64,000 nucleotides of DNA from Nitrospinales bacterium. Lineage in GTDB: Bacteria; Nitrospinota; Nitrospinia; Nitrospinales; VA-1. Position numbers and translations under genes: made by a program. Numbering within the stretch: position 1 is the first letter of the stretch; each line of letters opens with the position of its first letter. The notes beneath the pieces were generated by a model, which searched no databases, was not told the origin of the DNA, and was given only the letters and a program-made list of their open reading frames with translations. The DNA lies in NCBI GenBank assembly GCA_965262115.1, contig OZ253496.1, positions 2,208,001 through 2,272,000 of the forward strand, given 5' to 3'. This document shows positions 1-10,100 of this stretch, one piece after another.

Positions 1-2
1 CC

Positions 3-443
3 TCAACCATCGACTATATTTTCCGGGAACTGGCGATTACTTATCTGGGCAGGACCGATCTGGCTCAGGTGACTCCGGATGATTTGCGGGCCGACTCCAT
101 CGGCAAAAAGAATCAGCAATCCAGTGACGATGATGCCGGGTTCGGCTCCAATGGGTCGTCGTCGGGTTCGTTATCACCGGAGACTTCCACGAGCACCGAA
201 ACGGCACCAAAGATGTCCCATGCAATCGCAAAGGCTCCGTCCAATGGAAATGGCAATGGTGCCTCGGCGGCGGATGCTCTTAAAAATTCTCCGTCTGCGG
301 GAGTTGCGTCCGCGACGGCCGTGATTGCCAAACTAAAAGGCTATGAAGGCGATGCCTGTCAGGAATGCGGAAGCTTGACATTGGTTCGAAACGGAACCTG
401 TTTGAAGTGCATGACTTGTGGAGCGACATCAGGTTGCTCCTGA
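3..443 (+). CDS. nrdJ: Class II (B12-dependent) ribonucleotide reductase, C-terminal part (runs off the window's 5' end)
   Basis: Frame open from base 3: STIDYIFRELAITYLGRTDLAQV, ending in the zinc ribbon GYEGDACQECGSLTLVRNGTCLKCMTCGATSGCS typical of NrdJ. Confidence 0.9.
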   Translation, partial: STIDYIFRELAITYLGRTDLAQVTPDDLRADSIGKKNQQSSDDDAGFGSNGSSSGSLSPETSTSTETAPKMSHAIAKAPSNGNGNGASAADALKNSPSAGVASATAVIAKLKGYEGDACQECGSLTLVRNGTCLKCMTCGATSGCS

Positions 444-481
444 TTCACCCTCCCACCTGAATAGAATGTTTGCAGGGGTTC

Positions 482-516
482 AGCCAGCGAGTTCTTCGCT
501 GGCTTCTCTTGTTTTT
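482..516 (+). terminator. Intrinsic terminator between convergent genes
   Basis: 9-bp stem AGCCAGCGA-gttct-TCGCTGGCT followed by a T-rich tract, 39 bp after the nrdJ stop. Confidence 0.7.
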
Positions 517-526
517 CATCCCGGTT

Positions 527-1408
527 TTATCTTTTTTGCACCAGAGATTTTGCGCAACGAAACCCAAATGTTGGGTTATTCATTTTAAGATCGACGTGGT
601 TGCGAAATGAAATGCGCGCCTGTCTTTTATCGCTGGTCCATCCCCCGCCTTTGACAATGCTGGTTCCAGGCTGGGGCCGTTCAGATTTTTTATCGTCCAC
701 CCATTCCCAGACGTTCCCGGTCATATCCATCACACCGCTGGCACTGGCGCCAGATAGAAAAGAGCCTACCGGTGCGGCAAACAGGTGCCCGTCTTTTTCC
801 CCCAGTAAATTGGAGCGTTCAGGAAGAAACATCTCTCCCCAGGGATAAGTGAAGTTACTGACACCCCGAGCGGCGGCTTCCCATTCTTCTTCCCGCGGCA
901 GGCGTTTGCCTGCCCACCGGCAATACTGACTCGCTTGAATCCAGTTGATGCCCATGGCCGGGCAGTTCGGGCAGTCTTTTCCACCCACGAAGGGTTTTTC
1001 GTCATAGGCAGATTGGTATTTGCGAAATTGAGTGACGGTGATTTCTGTCCGGTCGATGTAAAATGCCGTCAGATTTGTGAATGGCGATTGGTTTTCACTC
1101 AGCGTTCCACGGCTAGACAGTTCCTTCTTACCGACACGGTATTTGCCCACATTGATGAGGATCATCAAAGCCTGGTCTTTTTCGCTCAAGAGAGTCGGGA
1201 GTAAAGAAGTTTGCATTGAACCGCGTACAATGGGATCTGACGGCTTGAGGGTAGGCCTCGGTTTGGCGGATTTTGATGGACGGTTTTGTTTTTGTGCTGA
1301 TTGTTCTGTCGGGTGAGCTTTTCGGTAGCGTTTTCGGTGCTTTTTGCTGGCAGGGGCGCAGGCGCTGACCCAGGCGAACAGGAGGATGAAAAGTATTAAT
1401 GGCCTCAA
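527..1408 (-). CDS. FGE-sulfatase (SUMF1/NirV-like) domain lipoprotein
   Basis: Lipobox-like VSAC; motifs FYIDRTEIT, KRLPREEEWEAAARG, MTGNVWEW, GFRC. Confidence 0.85.
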   Translation of the reverse strand: MRPLILFILLFAWVSACAPASKKHRKRYRKAHPTEQSAQKQNRPSKSAKPRPTLKPSDPIVRGSMQTSLLPTLLSEKDQALMILINVGKYRVGKKELSSRGTLSENQSPFTNLTAFYIDRTEITVTQFRKYQSAYDEKPFVGGKDCPNCPAMGINWIQASQYCRWAGKRLPREEEWEAAARGVSNFTYPWGEMFLPERSNLLGEKDGHLFAAPVGSFLSGASASGVMDMTGNVWEWVDDKKSERPQPGTSIVKGGGWTSDKRQARISFRNHVDLKMNNPTFGFRCAKSLVQKR

Positions 1409-1821
1409 GGCTTCTCCTTGTTCATGATGGAATCCATTTTTCCCTTGAGTCGGCGGTATTTCCCATAGCTTTTTTCGGCATCCTCTTTTTTGCCCATCAG
1501 TTCATAGGTGTAGCCCAGGCTGTACCAGGCATTGTAGTGGGTGGGGTCGATCTGGATGGCTGACTTGAAAGCCTTCTCTGCGTCTTCATATTTTTTTTCA
1601 AGATTATAGATTCCTCCCAACCCATAATGCCCGTCAATATTTTTAGGGTCTTTTTCTACGGCCTTTAAGAAAGATTCCCCTGCGCTGTCATATCGCCCCT
1701 GCTTGGAATACTCAATGCCTTCCTGGACATATTGGGCACTCGTCTTTTCCCCGCATTGGGTTAAAATGAGTCCGGTGAGGACAATGGCAAAACATTTCAG
1801 TAGTGGTTTGAGATGGATCAT
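1405..1821 (-). CDS. TPR-repeat lipoprotein
   Basis: Hydrophobic leader ending LTQC; about three TPR repeats (HYGLGGIY, AWYSLGYTY); 4-bp overlap with the next gene. Confidence 0.85.
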   Translation of the reverse strand: MIHLKPLLKCFAIVLTGLILTQCGEKTSAQYVQEGIEYSKQGRYDSAGESFLKAVEKDPKNIDGHYGLGGIYNLEKKYEDAEKAFKSAIQIDPTHYNAWYSLGYTYELMGKKEDAEKSYGKYRRLKGKMDSIMNKEKP

Positions 1822-1979
1822 GGCAGGGACCGGATTGAAAAGAAGTAGAGAAAATAAAAAACGAACTCAATGAACAGCTCCGCCGCAAGCGGACGAGGTA
1901 TCCTATTATAAGCACTATTTAAAAAAAACACGGCAAGCTACGGGCAATAAAACCCACTTGTGGGTTCAATATAACACCA

Positions 1980-3116
1980 ATGCTTCTTCCCTCTTATAGA
2001 AAAAAATTCATGTCTTTTATTAATCTTGTAATAGGGATCTTTAAGCTCTGGCGATTCATGGATGCCCGGCAAAAACAATTCCAGAAGAGGAGAGGCGTTT
2101 CTCCCGAGGAGAGCAAGTCCTTGGAACTTGTGCTGGAAACCTGTTCTGCTTGTCGCAAGGGAAATTTTTCATGTCAGGAAGAGATTTTACCGGACACTCT
2201 GCATCTGGTTTCCCGCCTTGCAGCTATTTATCATCCCGATGAGAAAAAGCCATTGGAAAAAGCCCGCATTGGAAATGTGCTCGCTGCCTTTCTGGAAATG
2301 AATCGTCGAATTTTGGATATGCTGGAGCTCCCCGGTCTGGAAAGACTGACTCAGTTTCGTCTCCGTGAGGTGGTTCCCGGTTTTGCTGCTAATAAAAATA
2401 ATGCGGACCCGTCATGGGTTCCGGCCTTCTTCCGGCTCCGGGTGATGCGAGCGCTTCAGGTTCAATGGCTCCTGTCAGCGGGTGAAGCTGCAATAAAAGT
2501 CTATGGCGAACACCGGGCCGACGAAATCCCCGAGCCCGAAATCCTGCTCAATGAAATGGATCAATTGCAGGAAGAAACGGAACGGTCTTTGCCGGATGAG
2601 GTTCGTGATATCGTCGAGGCATCGAGAAAAAATATTTTGTTTTCGGTGAAACCGCTACCGTGGGCTGAAGTGAAATTGCTTTTTATTTCTCTGGCCAAAA
2701 ACATTGCCAAAGCCTGGCACCCTGAATCCTCAGCGCCGTTATATGAAGCGCGGGTTTATGATTTGCTGAACACTCTTGCGGATTATCTGGAATGGGTCGG
2801 CAATTTAAGCCAGAAACCGGTGCTGAACAAAATGCTTGGGTTGCGGATATCCCATTTAACCGGGGCCAGGGAGGTGGCGGTCCCTTTTGCCAATAGCAAA
2901 CTCTTTGATTGGGTGCAGAAATATCAGGTTGGGCGGACGGCGAAATGGTCGAGAACCATTTTTAAAACTTTGCAGAAGAAACAACCGGCAATCCTGTTTC
3001 GCGATGTGGCGATAGGGGTTGTCAAGGAAGGCGGCAAACGATGGTTGATCCTTTACCTGCACGATAAAATCGCCGGTGAGACAAACAAACTGTACAAGGC
3101 CACCCCGTTTGCATGA
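1980..3116 (+). CDS. Hypothetical protein (start may be ATG 2058)
   Basis: 378-codon ORF with a CxxC near the N-terminus; its C-terminus has a paralogous remnant at about 9140-9248. Confidence 0.7.
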   Translation: MLLPSYRKKFMSFINLVIGIFKLWRFMDARQKQFQKRRGVSPEESKSLELVLETCSACRKGNFSCQEEILPDTLHLVSRLAAIYHPDEKKPLEKARIGNVLAAFLEMNRRILDMLELPGLERLTQFRLREVVPGFAANKNNADPSWVPAFFRLRVMRALQVQWLLSAGEAAIKVYGEHRADEIPEPEILLNEMDQLQEETERSLPDEVRDIVEASRKNILFSVKPLPWAEVKLLFISLAKNIAKAWHPESSAPLYEARVYDLLNTLADYLEWVGNLSQKPVLNKMLGLRISHLTGAREVAVPFANSKLFDWVQKYQVGRTAKWSRTIFKTLQKKQPAILFRDVAIGVVKEGGKRWLILYLHDKIAGETNKLYKATPFA

Positions 3117-3177
3117 CCCTGAGTCTTCAAAGCATTATCATAAACATTTGAAACTTGAGAATGGCTCTTTTAACAAG

Positions 3178-3467
3178 GAGACCTTTGCATAACCCCGGAT
3201 TACCCCTTCTACCCGTTCCGGGCATGAATTTAGCGTAGGGGATATCACAGGCTCACGAAGGTTAGGGAAATACCCGTGCCGGGCATGAAGACTAATGTTG
3301 GGGATATTAAAAATATCACGTCTTCGTCGCCTTCGGCTCCTCAAGGATGACAAACCGGTGTTTCTTGTCATTCTGAACGCAGTGAAGACGTGATGTTTCA
3401 CCTAAGCTCTCGTGCCCCGAAAGGGTAATCTCGCTTTTCTGTTTTTTTCGACTTACGCAAAGGTCTC
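3178..3467. mobile_element. MITE copy 1 (290 bp)
   Basis: TIRs GAGACCTTTGCATAA / TTACGCAAAGGTCTC (14/15 match); perfect 9-bp target duplication TTTAACAAG at 3169-3177 and 3468-3476. Confidence 0.9.
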
Positions 3468-3534
3468 TTTAACAAGTGGAACAATGGCCAAGGTTTGTGC
3501 AAATTGAAAAAAAGCGTTCAGTCATCCATTTGGC

Positions 3535-5130
3535 TTGCCAGTATCTGGGGCCGGTGATAGTCTTTTCTTTAATCAAGTGAGATCATTTGTTCCCATAAAA
3601 GGGTCCAAGATGCCTTTTCTTTCTACAACCCTCCGGTTTTATTTAATTGCCAGCCTTATGTGCCTGTCGCTGGTTTCCTCCTCTTCCGGCGTCGAATCCA
3701 GCAAGGTAGAAAAAATGATCGAAGAATCCGAGTCCCAAACGGGGACGGAGTTGTTGGTGGAAAATAGAGGAAAAGCTCTCTATTACAAGTTCTGCATTCC
3801 TTGCCATGGAGCGAAAGGCAACGGAAAGGGCAAGGCCTCTTATTATTTATTCCCCAAACCCAGAAACTTAAACCTGGGAATTTTCAAATTCCATTCCACC
3901 AGAACCAATACCCTCCCGCTCAACGAAGACCTTTATAAAACTATTCAAAACGTAATTCCCGGGACTGCTATGCCACCCTGGATCGATGTTTTAAGTGAGG
4001 AGGAAATTCATCTCCTGGCAGAATTCATTAAAACCTTTTCCAGACGCTTCAGCATGGAGCTGCCTGACTACGAAATTCCCGTCAGTCTGGAACCTCCCTT
4101 TGACAAGTTATCCATAGCCAACGGAAGGATCATATATAAGCAACTAAGGTGTGGCCGATGCCATGGGAACGAGGGCGATAGCGAGGATCGGCTTTCAGGT
4201 TCTATTCAAGAGTTCGGTGGCAACCTGTCTTTCGTTTACGACCTGCGTCGGCCCGACCAATACAAGGCTGGGGCGGCAGGACCCGATATCTACCTAACCC
4301 TTATTACCGGATTGGACGGTTCCCCGATGAATGCTTATGAATACATGAGTGATAGGGAGCTATGGGACCTGGTTCATTATTTACAATCTCTTTTTGTCAT
4401 ACAAAATTCCAAACCCGCACTTACCGACCGGAAAATTTATTCACAAACCATTGAGGAGAAGATCGACCTAAAACCCGATAGCTCAATCTGGAACGGCGTT
4501 GTTTCTTTTGAGATCAGCCTGACCCCGGTGAGAGCCCGTAAAAATCCAATCACCCGGTTGACCGTTCAATCCGTTCACAATGATAAAGAAATTGCCTTTC
4601 GTCTGGAATGGGAGGATCCCATACCCAATGGTGCCATTAACGGCACCTATTTGGACCAGAGCGCGGTTCAGTTTGCCCTCAATCAGGACAATATTTCAGA
4701 CGGTCCTTTTTTTGGAATGGGGGAGAGAAACAAACCCGTCAATATCTGGCATTGGAGAGCGGACGTGCGGCAGAAGATTTATAATGGTGACAATCTCAAA
4801 CCAAACCGGTCTCATTCCATTTTGCAGCCGCAAAGCGGATTACTGCTGAATCCATTCATGGAGTCCTCCGTCGAAGAAATAAACTCCGAGGGATTTGGAA
4901 CACTTAGCCTTCAACCCGTGGAAGATCAGCAGTTAAAAGGTATGGGCCAATGGAAAAATGGCCGCTGGAGTGTGGTGTTCTCACGCGACATAAAAACCCC
5001 GAGCCGATGGGACATTAAGTTTTCAAGTGAAAAACCGGTTTTGCTGGCCTTTGCTCTTTGGGATGGTGACAACAAAGATAAAAACGCCAACAAAATGGTT
5101 AGTTTCTGGAATATATTGACCTTAAAATAA
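3535..5130 (+). CDS. Exported diheme c-type cytochrome fused to an ethylbenzene-dehydrogenase-gamma/DOMON-like heme b domain (probable start 3610)
   Basis: Signal peptide; CIPCH and CGRCH heme motifs; C-terminal FRLEWED, FFGMG, VNIWHWRA, GRWSVVFSR, AFALWDG. Confidence 0.85.
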   Translation: MPVSGAGDSLFFNQVRSFVPIKGSKMPFLSTTLRFYLIASLMCLSLVSSSSGVESSKVEKMIEESESQTGTELLVENRGKALYYKFCIPCHGAKGNGKGKASYYLFPKPRNLNLGIFKFHSTRTNTLPLNEDLYKTIQNVIPGTAMPPWIDVLSEEEIHLLAEFIKTFSRRFSMELPDYEIPVSLEPPFDKLSIANGRIIYKQLRCGRCHGNEGDSEDRLSGSIQEFGGNLSFVYDLRRPDQYKAGAAGPDIYLTLITGLDGSPMNAYEYMSDRELWDLVHYLQSLFVIQNSKPALTDRKIYSQTIEEKIDLKPDSSIWNGVVSFEISLTPVRARKNPITRLTVQSVHNDKEIAFRLEWEDPIPNGAINGTYLDQSAVQFALNQDNISDGPFFGMGERNKPVNIWHWRADVRQKIYNGDNLKPNRSHSILQPQSGLLLNPFMESSVEEINSEGFGTLSLQPVEDQQLKGMGQWKNGRWSVVFSRDIKTPSRWDIKFSSEKPVLLAFALWDGDNKDKNANKMVSFWNILTLK

Positions 5131-5136
5131 AGACTT

Positions 5137-5880
5137 ATGAAACACCGCTTATCGGAGGCAGAAAAACTTCATTTATTTTTTTTAATCGCGGGGATCAGCT
5201 TCCTAATCTTTTTTCCATTTTCAAAAGGCCAGGCCGCGGAAAAGGGAAACCTGGAGCTGATTCCTTCAGGTGAATTTTTCATGGGAACGGAGGATGGAAC
5301 GGAATCCGAACGGCCCATTCACAAAGTGAACTTGGAGGCATTCAAAATAGGCCGTTACGAAGTGACCAATTTGCAATTTGAAACCTTTGATCCTGACCAC
5401 ACCCGTAGCGTTGCTTCCGCTTGCGACCAATGCCCCGTTACGCTGGTTACATGGATGGAGGCCAATGATTATTGCAAACATCAAGGGGATCGTCTTCCCA
5501 CAGAAGCGGAGTGGGAGCGAGCCGCCAGAGGGCCCGAAGAGTTTTCCTATTCCTTCGGATCGAAGGCGGATACTTCCAAAGCCAATTATGGGAACGAATT
5601 TAAAGCGGGTGCCAAACCCGTCCACTCCTTTCAACCTAATGGTTTTGGCTTATACAATATGAGCGGAAATGTCTGGGAGTGGGTGCACAATTGGTTTTCA
5701 TTCTACCCTCAACCATCGGGTTCTACCGTTAGAGAAAACAAAAAGTCAGGAGAAAAACTTCTCCGCGGGGGAAGCTGGTACAATAAGGCTTATTACGTTC
5801 ATGCTGGAATGCGCTTCACATTGAAACCAGGAACGATGTTGAACTCAGTCGGTTTTCGTTGCGCCCGTGAGGCCGGATGA
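5137..5880 (+). CDS. Exported FGE-sulfatase-domain protein
   Basis: Signal peptide; FFMG, YEVTN, RLPTEAEWERAARG, MSGNVWEW, GFRC. Confidence 0.88.
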   Translation: MKHRLSEAEKLHLFFLIAGISFLIFFPFSKGQAAEKGNLELIPSGEFFMGTEDGTESERPIHKVNLEAFKIGRYEVTNLQFETFDPDHTRSVASACDQCPVTLVTWMEANDYCKHQGDRLPTEAEWERAARGPEEFSYSFGSKADTSKANYGNEFKAGAKPVHSFQPNGFGLYNMSGNVWEWVHNWFSFYPQPSGSTVRENKKSGEKLLRGGSWYNKAYYVHAGMRFTLKPGTMLNSVGFRCAREAG

Positions 5881-5933
5881 ATCCTTTTACTCATCGTCCA
5901 CATTAAATTAATTTTTAAAACAAGTGCGAGGCA

Positions 5934-6842
5934 GTGTCCAATATAAAAATTCCTTCTTCATGGCACCTCCCAGAAAACCAGATTACTCTGGAAGAGGTGT
6001 ACCTGAACCGAAGAAGCTTTCTAGAGCAAATAGGAAAGGCGACGGCTGGCGCCTTGGCGCTTTCCGTGCTTCCCAGTTTTTTGTCGCCGACACAGGCTTC
6101 CGAGAATCCTCAAGATCGCATAACGCCGGAAAACCTGGTCACCCGTTACAATAATTTTTATGAATTCGGCACCAACAAGGAAAGCATACAGTATCTAGCC
6201 AAAAAACTGCCTCAGGAAAACTGGACTCTGAAAATCGCTGGGCAAGTCGCAAAACCACGAATGCTTGACTTGGAAAAATTTTTGCGGGGGATGTCGTTGG
6301 AACAACGTGTCTACAGATTACGATGCGTTGAAACCTGGTCGGCAATTATCCCGTGGACTGGTTTTCCCCTTCGCGATCTGATCAAGGCATTGGATCCGCT
6401 TTCCACCGCACGCTTTATCAAGTTCCAGACGTTTCTCAATCCCAATGTGGCGGCAGGTCAAAAAGAGCGGTTTTGGGAGCCCTGGCCCTATACCGATGGA
6501 TTGAGCATGACCGAAGCGATGCACCCTTTGGCATTTCTGGCCGTAGGCATCTATGGCCATCCCCTACCTCCCCAAAATGGAGCTCCCATTCGTCTGGTGG
6601 TTCCCTGGAAGTATGGATTCAAGAGCATCAAATCCATCGCTTCCATGGAGTTTGTCCGCGAGGCTCCCACTACATTCTGGCAGACAACTGCTCCATTGGA
6701 TTATGATTTCTGGTCCAATGTTAATCCCAACGTTCCCTATGCCCGCTGGGACCAACATTATGAAACCCTGCTCGGCAAAAACCAAAAAGTAAAAACTCTC
6801 CTTTACAATGGTTATGCCCACGAAGTTAGCGGCTTGTATTAA
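5934..6842 (+). CDS. msrP: Periplasmic molybdo-enzyme methionine sulfoxide reductase, catalytic subunit
   Basis: Tat motif NRRSFL; YNNFYEFG, LRCVETWS (Mo-ligand Cys), QNGAPIRLVVPWKYGFKSIKSI. Confidence 0.93.
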   Translation: MSNIKIPSSWHLPENQITLEEVYLNRRSFLEQIGKATAGALALSVLPSFLSPTQASENPQDRITPENLVTRYNNFYEFGTNKESIQYLAKKLPQENWTLKIAGQVAKPRMLDLEKFLRGMSLEQRVYRLRCVETWSAIIPWTGFPLRDLIKALDPLSTARFIKFQTFLNPNVAAGQKERFWEPWPYTDGLSMTEAMHPLAFLAVGIYGHPLPPQNGAPIRLVVPWKYGFKSIKSIASMEFVREAPTTFWQTTAPLDYDFWSNVNPNVPYARWDQHYETLLGKNQKVKTLLYNGYAHEVSGLY

Positions 6843-6855
6843 AGGGATCCAAAAA

Positions 6856-7509
6856 TCAATCTGGCTTGCGCTTGGTGACCGGCGGCTTGCAGAACTTTTC
6901 TATATCTTCCGGCCGGGCCCGAACAGCCTTCACCCGCCACTCATTTGTGGAAATGGAAATACGTGCCCAGAAGTCTCCTAATCGTCCCATATCCCAGTTT
7001 GAAATTCGCAGCGGCCCCCAATATTTTTGCAATCGCTCAAAAATAAGGTTGTTATGAAAGCTGATCATTTGCTGACTTTTCACTACCCGTTCGAGCAGTG
7101 GAAAAAAATCCCGCCCATGAATAGCGACACCCTTCAATTCCAGACCGCGCAACATTTCGAGTCCGGAACCTGAAATCATTTTCAGGCGTAATGCGCCACC
7201 ATTCCGGAAAGAACGGACGGGCCATTGCTCTTCCGCCAAAGGGGCGGCGACCTGATAATCTCCCTCCGGCACACCCTCCTTCTCAATCGAGCTTAGGAAC
7301 TTTGCATCCAATTTTCCCTTCGCTCCCACACCCAAAAAGCAAACTCTCTCGAGTTGAATGCTCTTGGTCTTCAATGACAAATCGCCTGGAAAATCGGTTT
7401 TCCCTGTTAGCCTGACAACAATTTCCGCTCCCATGCAGGCAACCGGGTTTAAACCAGTCATAGATAAAACCGTCAAACCAATCACAATCGACTTGAATTG
7501 CATTGTCAA
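6856..7509 (-). CDS. Exported protein, possible degenerate L,D-transpeptidase (YkuD-like) fold
   Basis: Signal-like N-terminus; PEGDY...AIHG...GPLRISNWD pattern. Confidence 0.6.
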   Translation of the reverse strand: MTMQFKSIVIGLTVLSMTGLNPVACMGAEIVVRLTGKTDFPGDLSLKTKSIQLERVCFLGVGAKGKLDAKFLSSIEKEGVPEGDYQVAAPLAEEQWPVRSFRNGGALRLKMISGSGLEMLRGLELKGVAIHGRDFFPLLERVVKSQQMISFHNNLIFERLQKYWGPLRISNWDMGRLGDFWARISISTNEWRVKAVRARPEDIEKFCKPPVTKRKPD

Positions 7510-7567
7510 GTCATCCTCCGTAGATTCATTTCCGCAACATTGAGAAACTTCCTGTTGTCATCCATGC

Positions 7568-8700
7568 TCACATTTTTTTTTCAATGAAAATAAAATTTTT
7601 CTTAAAGGCATTCGATGAAATTTTCAATTCCATCGAATCATCCTCAACAGTTTTTTCAGGGAGACGGCCAGGTTTTGCAGGCCCGGGCAAACCAGATAAA
7701 ATTTGGAGCAGATAGGACGATTTAACGGCAAAACTGGCTCTTTTTGGAGCTTCCTCCATATATGTGAAAGTCTTTTTTGCGAAGTGATGGGTGAGCACCA
7801 TTCCTATTACCTGGCCCTTTTCGTTTAAAAGCGGTCCACCGCTATGATCCTCTTTGACCTGTAAATCCAGCTGAAATACTTTCGTACTCTTCTCTACCGC
7901 ATTTTTTTAAGAATGGTTCCCTGGAATAGGGGTGTGTCGGGATGGGGCAATTTGGAAAAATCGACAGCGTATACCGGATCTCCGACTTCAAGGTGAGAAT
8001 CATCTCCAAAAAATAAAATCCTCGAGGACCTGCTTTCAGGGTGGGTCAATTTTAATACGGCAATATTATAAATTACAAATTCCTTGACCAACTCCAGCGG
8101 TGCCGTAGTGCCATCCATGAACCTGGCGCGAAATTTCTTTGCATCCCCCAATACATGATAAGGGGTAATGACCTGTCCAATATTTCCGATCTGAAAACCA
8201 ACGCCGGTAGTTTGCCATCCGGGATCCGCATGGAGTTGAATACCAATTCCGAAATCTTCAGGGGTTAACCCCAGTTCTTTATAGGCCTTCTCCAGATTTC
8301 TTCGCACGATGGTTAGATTTTTCTTAGCCTTCTCATCCTTGCGATTCTGGTAATGTTTTTCCGCTTTTCTGAAATGATCAATGGCTTCCACGCCTTGTCC
8401 CTTGGAAAAATAGAGAACGCCCAAGGCATGGTGAGCCTCCGCAAAATCCGGTTTGATCTCCAAGGCTTGAAGATAGGCCTGTTGAGAAGCTTCTGACTTT
8501 CCGTCAACAGAAAGATCAAATCCTTTCCGATACAAATCTGCGGCAGTATTGGCCTCACCGATCCCTACAGAAAATATCAAACCAGACAGCAAAACAAACA
8601 TTAGTAGAATTCTTTGTCTGATTGTAACCATGAGGGCATCAAACTCCCAGAGAGAGTGAGAATACAATGAAATCATCTTAATGAAATGTGGCCCGGTCAT
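7568..8700 (-). pseudogene. TPR + trypsin-like serine protease, split by one frameshift in an A7 run (plus-strand T run 7902-7908)
   Basis: ORF 8700-7894 has TPRs and TGVGF/ITPYHV; one extra A continues into KNAVEKSTKVFQLDLQVKEDHSGGPLLNEKGQVIGM, which joins ORF 7801-7568. Confidence 0.75.
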
Positions 8701-8981
8701 TTATATTTTTCTGCGCAGGAGCTGCCGGGGGTTTTGAGGCAGCAATAGTAATCGTACTGGATATAATTTTGATACAGAGCCAGGTTTTCTGCCTTCATCC
8801 GGCATTGTGAGATGCCGGTCACGGTGTCGACTTTTTTCTCATGGCCTTCTTTATCGATGAGATAGACATCGAAGATTTCTTTTTCCAGGTCTTTCCCGCA
8901 AGCCGAAAACAAAAATAGACACAGCATCACTGTGGCATAAGTCTTGATCTTTGAGGTTTTACATAGACTGAAGTTTCGCAT
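8697..8981 (-). CDS. Small Cys-rich lipoprotein
   Basis: Lipobox LFSAC and four downstream Cys. Confidence 0.65.
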   Translation of the reverse strand: MRNFSLCKTSKIKTYATVMLCLFLFSACGKDLEKEIFDVYLIDKEGHEKKVDTVTGISQCRMKAENLALYQNYIQYDYYCCLKTPGSSCAEKYK

Positions 8982-9116
8982 AGCTCACCCTCAGTTATTT
9001 TAACCGATATTCCGGGCTAGGGTTCTTCAATAATATTGGGGCGATCCGGGTCTATTTTTTTAAGGTCAGGAAACTCTCATGCTTTGCTGCCACACAGGGA
9101 ACTCCGATTTGCGTGA

Positions 9117-9248
9117 CCCCGAGTTTTTAAATCACTTTATAGATACCCGAAATTTGAGAGTTGGTTCCTTTTTTTACACGACAAAATCGCCGAGGAAACG
9201 AACAAACTGTACAAAGCCCTGCCCGATGCAAATGAGAACCGCCCATAA
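9117..9248 (+). pseudogene. Remnant of a paralog of the 1980-3116 gene (C-terminus)
   Basis: WFLFLHDKIAEETNKLYKALP versus WLILYLHDKIAGETNKLYKATP; DNA similarity visible between 3060-3105 and 9177-9222. Confidence 0.7.
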
Positions 9249-9441
9249 ACAGAGACGGGTAATATGGATTGCCCTTTCCCTCCAGAAAATAAGAGGTTAA
9301 CCTTCAAATTGAGGCAAAGCTACAGGCGGGAGGCTTTCCTTAATGGTGGGAGAGGAAAAGAGGGTCGAAATAAACACTCCAAAATATTTTTATTTTGGTT
9401 AGAATGAGGTTGCTTGGAAAATTTTTAAAGGATTCGCACAA

Positions 9442-10095
9442 TTGAAGCCAAAATTGAACATTGAAACTCTAATTAAAGAAGCTTCTGTTTTTTCCGAAAG
9501 CGAGAGCAAACATGACGAACCATCGCTTTTTGGTGTTACCGATGGCAAAGCAGTTGGAACATATTTGGAACATAAATTTTCCGACTACCTGGAAAATATT
9601 TATACCTATCAGTCGGGAAATTCTACTTTGGGTATAGATTTCCCGGATCTCGAGGTAGACATAAAGGTAACCAGCATTAAGCAACCTCAATCCTCCTGCC
9701 CTTTTAAATCTGCACAACAAAAAATTTATGGTCTTGGATACCATTTATTGGTTTTTGTTTATGAGAAAATCGATAACCATAGCAAAAAAACATGCAAGCT
9801 GGATATTCAACACAACATATTTGTAAATAAAGAAAGAACAGCCGATTTTTAGATGACAAAAGGAATAACTGATATATTGAAAAATGATGGCAACGCAGAT
9901 GATCTTGCGGCGTTTGTTCAGGAAAAAAATCTTCCAGTCGATGACATAGGTGCAAGAGATTTGGCAGAGGAGATTCTGAGTAATCCACCCAAACAGGGTT
10001 ATTTAACCATCTCTAATGCCCTCCAGTGGCGGTTGCAATATGGACGAGTGATTCAAGAAGCTGGAGAAGTTGAAGGCGTGGATAGGGTAAGATAA
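9442..10095 (+). pseudogene. Putative type II restriction endonuclease with an in-frame TAG at 9850-9852
   Basis: PD-(D/E)xK-like GIDFPDLEVDIKVT; the two ORFs are contiguous in one frame (ERTADF*MTKGI); 5 bp upstream of a DNA methyltransferase. Confidence 0.75.
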
Positions 10096-10100
10096 AGGCT

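Noticed and set aside
3138..3401. Short ORFs over repeats (also 31091-31288, 41264-41536, 49937-50119, 62365-62436)
   Set aside because: They are translations of MITE/REP DNA; the shared peptides such as SSLRSRRRRR reflect the repeat
3535..5130. Calling the cytochrome a nitrite oxidoreductase gamma subunit (nxrC)
   Set aside because: It shares only the domain family; no nxrA/nxrB genes are nearby
7894..7910. Programmed -1 frameshift in the TPR-protease gene
   Set aside because: CTT AAA AAA ATG is not a properly phased X XXY YYZ site; a homopolymer deletion or sequencing error is simpler
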